Of a stretch of 64,000 bases of DNA, positions 56,709 to 64,000 are shown piece by piece. Made by a program: the position numbers and the translations under genes. The notes under the pieces were generated by a model. It was given only the letters and a program-made list of their open reading frames with translations. It did not search any database and had not been told where the DNA came from. Each line of letters starts with the position of its first letter. The first letter of the stretch is position 1. The stretch covers positions 2,870 through 66,869 of the forward strand of contig JAYOTF010000017.1 of the NCBI GenBank assembly GCA_038150265.1. Reading direction: 5' to 3'. The DNA is from Deltaproteobacteria bacterium (GTDB lineage: Bacteria > SAR324 > NAC60-12).

Positions 56709-58019
56709 TTACTGCGAAATGGTGCCCCACGGGTAGTCGATGAAGAGGATCACTTCGCTCCCCTCCTCGCCGTTGGCCACATCGAAGCGGTACACAAATC
56801 CGGAGCTGGTGACCAGGCGGGCGCCGACGCCGGTGGAGGTGCGCTTCTGCGCCCACAGGTCGCTCTCGGTCTCGGCCACCGACCCTTCCTCATAGAAGAA
56901 GGCGAGCTGGAAGCCGGTCCGGACGTCCCGGATGAAGTAGAGGTCAAAGGGGGTGTTTTCATCAGTGAGGTTCCAGCGGAACTCGGCCGCCCGGAACCCA
57001 ACCTGAGCGCCACTGAAGCGTCCCCCGGCAAAGGAGCGGAGCCGAGACGACCCACCCAGCGAGCCCGCGGTGCCGTAGCGGTTCTGGGTCGCCTGATCCT
57101 GCGCGGTGTCATAAAGCGCGGCCAGTTCGACGGCCGAACACCCGGAAGCGCACTGTTCACTCTGCAATTCATTGTAGATGGTCGTGACGTCGGTCTCGCC
57201 CTGCTGGGTCACCACGGCCATGGACCGGTAGTAGTTGAGGGCCAGGTTGCTGCTGCCCCAGAGCGGCAGGTAGGCGGTGCTGTTGTAGTCCTGGGTGTAG
57301 TACTCGACTTGCTGGAGGGCGCTGGTGGATTCGTCGTTACGGGGGGTTTCGGAGCGGGTGTAGACGAAGCGGAAGCCCTTGTGCGGATCCGTCCGGTCGT
57401 CGGTCCAGTCGAGTTGGGTTCCGTAGGAGCGGCTCTGAAACTTGAAGCGCTGGGGCGGGTCGTATGTGTAGAGCCGCTCGCCTTCGTTGTCGAGGATGCC
57501 ACTCGTGGCCGCATCAATGTCATACTGAATGGTAAAGACCTCAAACATCCGCTCCGCCAGGGTGAGGGTCAGCCGTCCTCCCTGCAGGTGCGTGTCCGTC
57601 AGCTCCGTGTAGAAAAAGTCCTTTGGGTCAGAGTCCTCATCCATGCTCCGGGAGCGATAAACCTTCTGAGTGCCCTTATTGAAGTTGACGCTGGTTAGAT
57701 CAAGCAGTAAGGTTTCGGGCCAAAGTGGGATGTCGGTGATGCCGGCAATGGTTCCGGTAATGTCTCCGCCCCCGATGCCCACAGCAAAGACGTCCACGGT
57801 GGTTTCAACGCTGCCAAAGGGGATGTTGTTGAAGCCGCCCAAAATGCCCAACCCGGCGCCAGCGCCTGGAAGGATGTAGGGAATGGGCGCAACGAGGTAC
57901 CCGAAATCCGTCGGAAATTGATCCCGGCGACGATCCAGAGCCCACAGCTGCGAAGCACCCAGAAAGAGCAGAAAAAGTGTCAGGGAGGACTTGCGCAGAA
58001 AGCGAGAGCAGAACATCAT
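56709..58019 (-). CDS. Omp85-superfamily (bacterial surface antigen/D15-type) outer-membrane beta-barrel, short form
   Basis: Signal peptide (FLLFLGASQLWA), alternating beta-strand pattern, and C-terminal GVGARLVTSSGFVYRFDVA resembling the Omp85 barrel motif. Confidence 0.6.
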   Translation of the reverse strand: MMFCSRFLRKSSLTLFLLFLGASQLWALDRRRDQFPTDFGYLVAPIPYILPGAGAGLGILGGFNNIPFGSVETTVDVFAVGIGGGDITGTIAGITDIPLWPETLLLDLTSVNFNKGTQKVYRSRSMDEDSDPKDFFYTELTDTHLQGGRLTLTLAERMFEVFTIQYDIDAATSGILDNEGERLYTYDPPQRFKFQSRSYGTQLDWTDDRTDPHKGFRFVYTRSETPRNDESTSALQQVEYYTQDYNSTAYLPLWGSSNLALNYYRSMAVVTQQGETDVTTIYNELQSEQCASGCSAVELAALYDTAQDQATQNRYGTAGSLGGSSRLRSFAGGRFSGAQVGFRAAEFRWNLTDENTPFDLYFIRDVRTGFQLAFFYEEGSVAETESDLWAQKRTSTGVGARLVTSSGFVYRFDVANGEEGSEVILFIDYPWGTISQ

Positions 58020-58167
58020 GCTGGACCAGTTGTGTGTTGTTTTTTGGGAGGAGTACAAAATCGGCAAAAATCAATCATAGTCGAGTCCCCGAGGAGAGGG
58101 AATTCAACTGTTTTGTCATTTTGTAACAGCTTTTGCAGACCCTCAATGCTGATCAAACGAGAAAAAA

Positions 58168-58572
58168 ATGGTTGAGAAACTCAAGAAATCCGAAGCGGAG
58201 TGGCAGGCGGAACTGACTCCGGAGCAGTATGACGTCTGCCGGAAGAAGGGCACGGAGCGGGCCTTCACCGGACCGTACAACACGGAAAAGCGTCCGGGAC
58301 GGTACCGTTGCGTGGCGTGTGGCCAGGAGCTGTTTGACGCCAGCCACAAGTATGATTCTGGAAGCGGGTGGCCAAGTTTTTGGCAGCCTCAGGCCGCAGA
58401 TGCCGTGGAGACGGAGGTCGATAACAGCCTCTTCATGCGCCGGACCGAAGTCCACTGCAGCCGCTGTGAGTCCCACCTGGGACACGTGTTTGAAGATGGA
58501 CCCCAACCAACCGGATTGCGCTACTGCATCAATTCGGTCTCTTTGCACTTCGAGCCTCAGGAGAAAACATGA
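58168..58572 (+). CDS. msrB: Peptide-methionine (R)-S-oxide reductase
   Basis: CxxC Zn pairs (CVACGQ, CSRCESHLGHVF) and GWPSF...RYCINS catalytic motif. Confidence 0.95.
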   Translation: MVEKLKKSEAEWQAELTPEQYDVCRKKGTERAFTGPYNTEKRPGRYRCVACGQELFDASHKYDSGSGWPSFWQPQAADAVETEVDNSLFMRRTEVHCSRCESHLGHVFEDGPQPTGLRYCINSVSLHFEPQEKT

Positions 58573-59381
58573 CCCCACCCGCGTCCGCGACCAGCGCGGC
58601 TTCCCATCATCTGGCGGCGACCCCTGTGCTGACTCAAGCCATCCGTACCGACTCCATTGGACTCGGCTGCGGAGAATTTGAGCTGCCGGTGGGAGACGCC
58701 ACCATTCCCGCCTACTTTGCCCGGCCCGTCGGGTCGGGGCCCTTTCCCGTGGTGCTGGTGGCCATGGAGATCTTCGGACTCCACGAGTACATCCGCGACA
58801 CCTGCCGACGCCTGGCGAAAGCCGGGTACCTCGCCCTTGCTCCGGACCTGCTGATCCGTCAGGGAGACGTGACCCAGTTCACCGAAATTGCCCCCATCCG
58901 CGACATCGCCTACGCCGTCCCGGACTCACAGATGTGCGGCGACCTCGACGCGGCGCTCGACTGGGCCCACGCCTCTGGCCTGGGCGACCTTGAGCGGGTC
59001 GGCGTGACCGGGTTCTGCTGGGGAGGACGAGCGGTGTGGATGTATGCCGCGCAGAGCAACCGGATTCGCGCCGGAGTCGCCTGGTATGGGAAGCTGGCCG
59101 GCGAGGCGACCGACGCCATGCCGCAGTCCCCGGTCGAGGTGGCAGGCACCCTGAAGGCGCCGGTGCTGGGACTGTATGGGGAGCGAGACGCGGGGATTCC
59201 GCTGGATACCGTGGAGGCGATGCGAGCCGAGCTGCAGGCGGCTCCCCACCCTTGTGAGCTGGTGGTCTATCCGGGAGCCGAGCACGGCTTTCATGCCGAC
59301 TACCGCCCGTCTTACCACCAGGAGGCCGCTCGCCAGGGCTGGAAGGCCATGCTCCAGTGGTTCCGGAGCCATGGCGTCTGA
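58569..59381 (+). CDS. Dienelactone hydrolase family protein
   Basis: PVVLVAMEIFGLHEYIRDTCRRLA..GY.ALAPDL and the nucleophile elbow GVTGFCWGG. ATGA overlap with msrB. Confidence 0.85.
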   Translation: MTPPASATSAASHHLAATPVLTQAIRTDSIGLGCGEFELPVGDATIPAYFARPVGSGPFPVVLVAMEIFGLHEYIRDTCRRLAKAGYLALAPDLLIRQGDVTQFTEIAPIRDIAYAVPDSQMCGDLDAALDWAHASGLGDLERVGVTGFCWGGRAVWMYAAQSNRIRAGVAWYGKLAGEATDAMPQSPVEVAGTLKAPVLGLYGERDAGIPLDTVEAMRAELQAAPHPCELVVYPGAEHGFHADYRPSYHQEAARQGWKAMLQWFRSHGV

Positions 59382-59396
59382 GGAAAAACGCCGGGG

Positions 59397-60830
59397 CTAG
59401 CGCTCCGGGACCCCCGCTTCTGCAGCCAGCTCGTGGAGGGACTTTTCGGCAAACCGAGGCTTGGTCCGGACCTGGGTCCAGGCCTTCAGAAGGGGAGCCT
59501 GCGCCGGAATCACCTTCCCGAGCCGCGCCACGGCCTGCGCCTGCAGCCGGTAGGCGGTGGGATTCGCAAAGACCGCCTTCCAGCCCTTCCAGACCAGCTG
59601 CTCCACCCGCGCCCTGGCGCCCGTTGCGCTGTTCCAGGGCTCCTGCTGAGCCTCCTGGGCCTTGCGTTCCCGGAGGTGGAGGAGGATGTCGGTGATCGGA
59701 ACCTTGACGGGGCAGACCTCGACACAGGCGCCACAGAGGCTGGAGGCCGAGGCCAGGTGTCCAGCGTCATGCAGGCCCTGCATCTGCGGCGTGAGGATCT
59801 TGCCAATCGGCCCAGGGTACACGCTGCTGTAGGCGTGTCCGCCGATGCGACTGTACACCGGGCAGTGATTCATGCAGGCGCCGCAGCGGATGCACAGCAG
59901 CGTGTCCTGCATCAGCTCATCCGCATGCATCCGGGAGCGCCCGTTGTCCAGCAACACCAGGTGCACCTCCCGGGGACCGTCTTGCTCGCCCTCCTGGCGC
60001 GGAGAGGAGATCAGGTTGAAGTAGGTCGTGATGGGCTGTCCGGTCGCTGAGCGGGTCAGCACATGCAGAAGGGGGGGCACATCCGTCAGGTGCTCCACCA
60101 CCTTCTCAATCCCCATCAGCGCAATGTGCACAGGCGGCAGCGTGGTGCAGAAGCGTCCGTTGCCTTCATTCTCCACCAGGCACAGCGTCCCGGTCTCTGC
60201 CACCGCAAAGTTCACTCCGGAAATTCCGATGTCCGCCTCATGGAATTTTTTCCGCAGGGCTTCCCGCGCCAGCGCCGTCATCTCCTCGGCGCTTTCGGTC
60301 CGGGTGTCGCTGACCTTCAGGTCCTGAAACGTTCCCGAGATCTGATCCGCATTGAGGTGAATGGCGGGCATGATGATGTGAGACGGCAGCTCCCGCCGGA
60401 GCTGCACAATGTACTCGCCCAGGTCCGACTCCAGCGACTCCAGCCCCTTCGCCTCCAGGAAGTGGTTCAGCTCCATCTCCTCGGACACCATCGACTTGCC
60501 CTTCACAAACGTCCGGGCCTGGTGCTTCTGGGCAATGGCATAAACCAGCTCGTTCGCCTCCTCCGGCGTCTCCGCCCAGTGCACCTGAATCCCATTCGCC
60601 TCACAGCGGGCCTCCAGACGCTCCAGCAGTTCCGGAAGCTGCCGCAACGCATTTTTGCGAATGCGATAGCTCAACTCACGAAACGCTTCCGTCTCCTCTG
60701 CCTGAGAAAACTGAACCTGCCGCTTGGTCATGAGCCCGTCCATTGCCCTGCGGAAATTGCGACGCAGTTGCGGGTTGGCTAAGGCCTCAGTGCTGTCTTG
60801 AGCAAAAGCCGCTGCTGAGAGTGTTTGCAT
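59397..60830 (-). CDS. lutB: LutB-like iron-sulfur lactate-utilisation protein (LUD domain plus 2x4Fe-4S)
   Basis: CIRCGACMNHCPVY and CGACVEVCPVKVPI ferredoxin motifs after a LUD-type domain. Internal ATG 60830. Confidence 0.85.
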   Translation of the reverse strand: MQTLSAAAFAQDSTEALANPQLRRNFRRAMDGLMTKRQVQFSQAEETEAFRELSYRIRKNALRQLPELLERLEARCEANGIQVHWAETPEEANELVYAIAQKHQARTFVKGKSMVSEEMELNHFLEAKGLESLESDLGEYIVQLRRELPSHIIMPAIHLNADQISGTFQDLKVSDTRTESAEEMTALAREALRKKFHEADIGISGVNFAVAETGTLCLVENEGNGRFCTTLPPVHIALMGIEKVVEHLTDVPPLLHVLTRSATGQPITTYFNLISSPRQEGEQDGPREVHLVLLDNGRSRMHADELMQDTLLCIRCGACMNHCPVYSRIGGHAYSSVYPGPIGKILTPQMQGLHDAGHLASASSLCGACVEVCPVKVPITDILLHLRERKAQEAQQEPWNSATGARARVEQLVWKGWKAVFANPTAYRLQAQAVARLGKVIPAQAPLLKAWTQVRTKPRFAEKSLHELAAEAGVPER

Positions 60831-61068
60831 GAAAAAATTTCCCGAATGAAATGAGAAGGTTTTGCCCCAAAAACGCATCCGATAAAGAACCTCTGGGAGC
60901 GCCTCCGGGGGTGCTTCAGGCGGTTAGTGTAACACGGTTTTCCTCACCTTTCCAAGTGAACTCGCCCCAATTCTAAAAAAAGCTTGACACCCGCTTTTAA
61001 CCAGTGCTTTCATGGCACAGTTTTAGTGGTTTCGACTTCCATCAAAGCTTCCTCCAAGCAGATCAGAC

Positions 61069-61308
61069 ATGCCAGTACAGATTGCGATCTACGGACTCTA
61101 TGGGTTTCACAACGGCCTCCGCATGGAGGTGTGCCCCGAAGTCTGGGAGCAGATCAATGAACTGTCCCTCCTCCGCATTGAAGGAGCCTGCTACGAGGTC
61201 CGGGGCCTCTTCCAGCATGGGGCGGCACACTACCTCAATGTGCGGCTCTGCCCCAACCCCCACCTCTACCGCCCCGAGGCAGAACTCGTTCACCTCGCCC
61301 GGGCCTGA
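61069..61308 (+). CDS. Hypothetical 79-aa protein
   Basis: GC3-rich codon usage similar to neighbouring genes. No family recognised. The 3' end overlaps the convergent methyltransferase gene by 19 nt. Confidence 0.45.
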   Translation: MPVQIAIYGLYGFHNGLRMEVCPEVWEQINELSLLRIEGACYEVRGLFQHGAAHYLNVRLCPNPHLYRPEAELVHLARA

Positions 61309-62123
61309 GTCCGCCTTCCGGCAATCCGCACGTACCGCACCTGCCCCTCCTTCCGGAGCGCACGGCAGAGCCACGCGGTGAGGACCACCTTGCTCCAGCC
61401 CTTCGACACCTTCCGTCGCCACGGTAGCTGCTGCGCCCGTCTGCGGACAAAATCCGGGAATCCTCCCAGCACCGCATCCGTCTGATCCACCACCTCGATT
61501 TTGTCCCACACGTCTGACGCCCACGCCTGCTGCCACACGGAAACGGGCGCCGGATTCCGGATCGCGGCCTGCCGCAGCACGGGAGCCCAGCGGGTGGAGC
61601 GAACGTCCTCGGCAAGCGCCAGGGTGTGGAAGGCAAAGCGCCCCTGAGGCCGGAGCCGGTGCTGCAGGAAGGTAGGAAAGGTCGCCGGATCGGCAAAGTG
61701 GTAGGCGGCGTCAACGCTGAGGACCACGTCATACGCGGCTTCCGGAAGCACCAGGTCTTCCAGCCACCCCGTGTAGAGGTGCTGCAGCGCTTCCGGAGGA
61801 GGGTGCTGCAGGGCATCGGTGCAGCGGCGCTGCGCCTCCACGGCATCGCACGCCTGCACCCCAAACTCCGTTCCCCAAAGCGCCAGGCTGGCGCCATAGC
61901 CACAGGCGAGGTCCAGCACCCGGTCACCGGCCTGCAGGTTCACGGCAGCAGCGAGGTCCCGGGCCAGTGCGGCCGCCGCGGTTCGGTACTCCGGCCCTGC
62001 GGTCCAGAGCCCGAGGTTGCTCCACGGAAGCAGCGGCGCCCCGGAAGGACGTCCGGACGCTTCCGGAGGCCAGTCCTGAAGCAGGGAGACGTCAATGGCC
62101 AGGTCTGCTTCAGACGCCCGCAC
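61290..62123 (-). CDS. Class I SAM-dependent methyltransferase
   Basis: Motif I VLDLACGYG followed by acidic-loop and motif II-like segments. It starts (GTG) 4 nt after the upstream FAD-protein stop. Confidence 0.75.
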   Translation of the reverse strand: MRASEADLAIDVSLLQDWPPEASGRPSGAPLLPWSNLGLWTAGPEYRTAAAALARDLAAAVNLQAGDRVLDLACGYGASLALWGTEFGVQACDAVEAQRRCTDALQHPPPEALQHLYTGWLEDLVLPEAAYDVVLSVDAAYHFADPATFPTFLQHRLRPQGRFAFHTLALAEDVRSTRWAPVLRQAAIRNPAPVSVWQQAWASDVWDKIEVVDQTDAVLGGFPDFVRRRAQQLPWRRKVSKGWSKVVLTAWLCRALRKEGQVRYVRIAGRRTQARAR

Positions 62124-62126
62124 GGC

Positions 62127-63392
62127 TCAGTTCCAGACCGGATTCCAGCTGGGCGAGACGCCGAATTGCCCCGTGACGCTGAGGGCGGAGCGCACTGCCG
62201 ATTCCAGCAGCGGCACCCCGGCTGAGGCGTAGGAGCCACAGAAGAACACCCTCCGCCCAGGCGCCTGCTGCAGGTGGTCCAGACGCTTGAGCAGGTCGGC
62301 ATTCTCAGGCCCCACCACCGCGCGCTGCAACGGCACCACCGACAGGACCGAGTCCGGATCCGGCTCAAAAAGCGGGTCCCAGGTCTGAAACACCGGGTCG
62401 GCCGGTCCAAGGCTGGGCTCCACCGGATTGACCCACACCGTAAACATGGAGTCCGTAAAGTCTGGCGCCATCTGGTAGTGCAGCGCGGCCCAGTCGTCGG
62501 GCTCCTTCGGCATGAAGCGCGGATCCTGATGCACCCACAGCGTCCCGGAGGCGTAGGGGAAGCGGCTCAGCAGGGCCCGCTCTTCCGCAAAGGCGTCCCC
62601 GAGGAAGCCCAGTTGGTTCGCCTGGACGGCCGAAATGACGCGGTCGAAGGTGCCTTCAACGCCGGCCTCGTTCCGCACGGTCACCGCCTCTCCGGACACC
62701 GTCACGGAAGCAACCGGGCTGCCGCTGACAAACTCGAGCGACTCCGCCAGCCCGGAAACCAGGGCGCGGGTGCCGCCTCGGAGGCGGACGAGGTGCTTGC
62801 CATGCACAATCTGCTGGAGCAACCGCAACAGGTGCTGAGCAGGCCAGCGCTCCAGCGTCTCCACGTCACAGGTGCAGATGGTCGTGAGGAGGGGAAGGAC
62901 GAGGCCCTTCCAGAAGAGCGGAGGAAACTGCTGCTGATCCGCAAACTCCCGGAGCGTCAGCTGCGGATCGTCCAGGGTCCGGGACCCCTGCCAGAGCTGC
63001 CAGAAGCCCTTGAGGAGGGTCCGGGCCTCTGGGGTGAAGAGGAAGCGGCTCTTGGCCCACGGGATGCCCCAGGTGCCCAGCCGGAGCTTGTCGCTGCGGA
63101 ACCAGGTGTCGCCCGACACCCAGCTGCAGGCGGCAAAGGTGTCCACGGCAAACGTCTCCACGCCCACCTGCTCACAGAGGCTGAGGACGTTGGACCAGGC
63201 GTGAGGGCTCATCACCCGCAGCGGCACATCCACATGTCCAGATCCAGCCGCATGCGCCACGTCCAGGGTGTGTGCATCCATGCCCCGCTGCGGCTGGGCC
63301 TCAAACACCGTGACCGCGTGTCCGCCCTGTTGGCACAACCAGCCCGCCGCCAGTCCGGCCATGCCACTTCCGATGATCGCAATCCGTTCCAT
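62127..63392 (-). CDS. NAD/FAD-binding amine-oxidase-like oxidoreductase
   Basis: N-terminal dinucleotide fold IAIIGSGMAGLAAGW...VTVFEA. The overall pattern matches the flavin amine-oxidase family often found beside cyclopropane-fatty-acid-type methyltransferases. Confidence 0.8.
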   Translation of the reverse strand: MERIAIIGSGMAGLAAGWLCQQGGHAVTVFEAQPQRGMDAHTLDVAHAAGSGHVDVPLRVMSPHAWSNVLSLCEQVGVETFAVDTFAACSWVSGDTWFRSDKLRLGTWGIPWAKSRFLFTPEARTLLKGFWQLWQGSRTLDDPQLTLREFADQQQFPPLFWKGLVLPLLTTICTCDVETLERWPAQHLLRLLQQIVHGKHLVRLRGGTRALVSGLAESLEFVSGSPVASVTVSGEAVTVRNEAGVEGTFDRVISAVQANQLGFLGDAFAEERALLSRFPYASGTLWVHQDPRFMPKEPDDWAALHYQMAPDFTDSMFTVWVNPVEPSLGPADPVFQTWDPLFEPDPDSVLSVVPLQRAVVGPENADLLKRLDHLQQAPGRRVFFCGSYASAGVPLLESAVRSALSVTGQFGVSPSWNPVWN

Positions 63393-63616
63393 GTCCGTAT
63401 CCGTTGAGGAAAAAATACACCCCTCCCAGCGTAACGGATTGCCCCCCCTTTCCCAAGCACCCGGCTCTCAAAAATGTGTTTCAGATCTTAACGGACCCCA
63501 GACCCCGCCGGGACCAGAAGGGAGGCTCCTGCAGCCGCGACGCGTCCCCCCTGCCGTCGGCGCTCCCTTCAGCCAAGCACCCGGAGCGGCCTCAGAGGGG
63601 AAAAACGGACCTTTGA

Positions 63617-64000
63617 TCAGGAGGCCGCCTCGGCCTGTGCGGCCAACCACTCCCGCACGTCCTCATTGTCCACCCGGTCATAAATGTCACTGACGGGAAG
63701 GGTCGCATTCAGGGACTGAATGGGAACCGAATCCCCCAGGTAGAAGTGCCGGGAAATCCAACCTTCACTGCGGCGTTGCACCTCCACATCCACAAAATCC
63801 TGCTCAATCAGAACATACTCCTGCAAGGAAGGAAGGGTCCGATAAACCTCGGCTTTATGGTTGCAATCGTAATGGCGGGTGCTTTTGGAAAGGACTTCAA
63901 TCAACAGGATTGGAGATTCACGATAATAAGGGTCCTTCCGATCGTCTTCCTGGCAACAGACCATCACATCCGGGTAGTAAAAATTGTCGGCCACCCGCAG
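63617..64000 (-). CDS. Uma2 (DUF820) family putative endonuclease; N-terminus beyond window edge
   Basis: YPDVMV...ILLIEVLSKST...D...K...Y...LQEYVLIEQ matches the PD-(D/E)xK-like Uma2 pattern. The reading frame stays open to position 64000. Confidence 0.8.
   Translation of the reverse strand: MRVADNFYYPDVMVCCQEDDRKDPYYRESPILLIEVLSKSTRHYDCNHKAEVYRTLPSLQEYVLIEQDFVDVEVQRRSEGWISRHFYLGDSVPIQSLNATLPVSDIYDRVDNEDVREWLAAQAEAAS

Noticed and set aside
60984-61012. TTGACA at 60984-60989, considered as a -35 box for the 79-aa ORF.
   Set aside because: There is no acceptable -10 hexamer at 16-18 nt spacing (ctttca). It is too weak to call.
61013-61030. TGGCAC upstream of the 79-aa ORF, considered as a sigma-54 -24 element.
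   Set aside because: The expected -12 TTGC is absent at the right spacing. The sequence reads tggcacagttttagtg.
1-64000. I looked for CRISPR arrays, tRNA/rRNA genes, IS elements, integrases and toxin-antitoxin or defence gene pairs.
   Set aside because: I could find no regularly spaced direct repeats, no tRNA T-loop/acceptor patterns and no transposase or integrase-like translations by reading. The Uma2-family gene at the right edge is the only nuclease-like gene, and it has no visible partner inside the window.

Overview
This is a GC-rich (about 60% by eye, not computed), densely coding chromosomal segment. It comes from a diderm bacterium, since LPS, Omp85, TolC and complex I genes are present. 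I cannot place the lineage from sequence alone. All calls rest on my own motif and family recognition in the supplied translations plus manual reading of the DNA. No database search was run.

I support about 58 protein-coding genes. I found no rRNA, tRNA, CRISPR array, transposase, integrase or prophage genes. Gene content, left to right:
- Complex I string nuoE-F-G-J-K-L on the minus strand, with nuoL cut by the window edge.
- Bcr/CflA-type MFS, an AhpD-like protein and an orphan CheY.
- FtsX-type permease with an AttH-like lipoprotein.
- hpf and a cluster of small secreted proteins.
- SirB1-like gene, then GNAT, GT4 and MFS genes.
- A tightly packed housekeeping operon: pyrG, LptA-like, FKBP, REC-LpxC, nusB.
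- IHF/HU, glycerate 2-kinase, EamA, tdk-asd, and an orphan Wzz-like protein.
- Family III CoA-transferase placed divergently from a COG4663-4665-type TRAP transporter.
- mutL, xdhAB, isovaleryl-CoA dehydrogenase.
- A glutaredoxin-like, MurI-like and PMI-like trio.
- priA, a TolC-MFP-RND efflux operon, an Omp85-like protein, msrB, dienelactone hydrolase and lutB.
- An FAD-oxidoreductase and methyltransferase pair, and a truncated Uma2 gene.

Genome style: GTG and TTG starts are frequent, many starts lack a clear Shine-Dalgarno, and several gene pairs show ATGA start/stop overlaps. Nearly every gene also carries a full-length antisense shadow ORF.

Most noteworthy observations:
1. The only LpxC seen is fused to an N-terminal NtrC-type receiver domain, inside a housekeeping operon next to an LptA-like gene.
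2. The TRAP large permease carries a ~340-aa C-terminal coiled-coil-like extension, and the small subunit is N-terminally extended.
3. MutL has substitutions at all four conserved endonuclease motifs.
4. A three-gene operon encodes a Cys-less glutaredoxin-like protein, a divergent Glu-racemase-like protein and a PMI-like cupin.
5. The palindrome TCCGGA is strongly enriched window-wide, in all three reading frames and in intergenic DNA.

None of these is demonstrated to be new. Each needs the stated checks.
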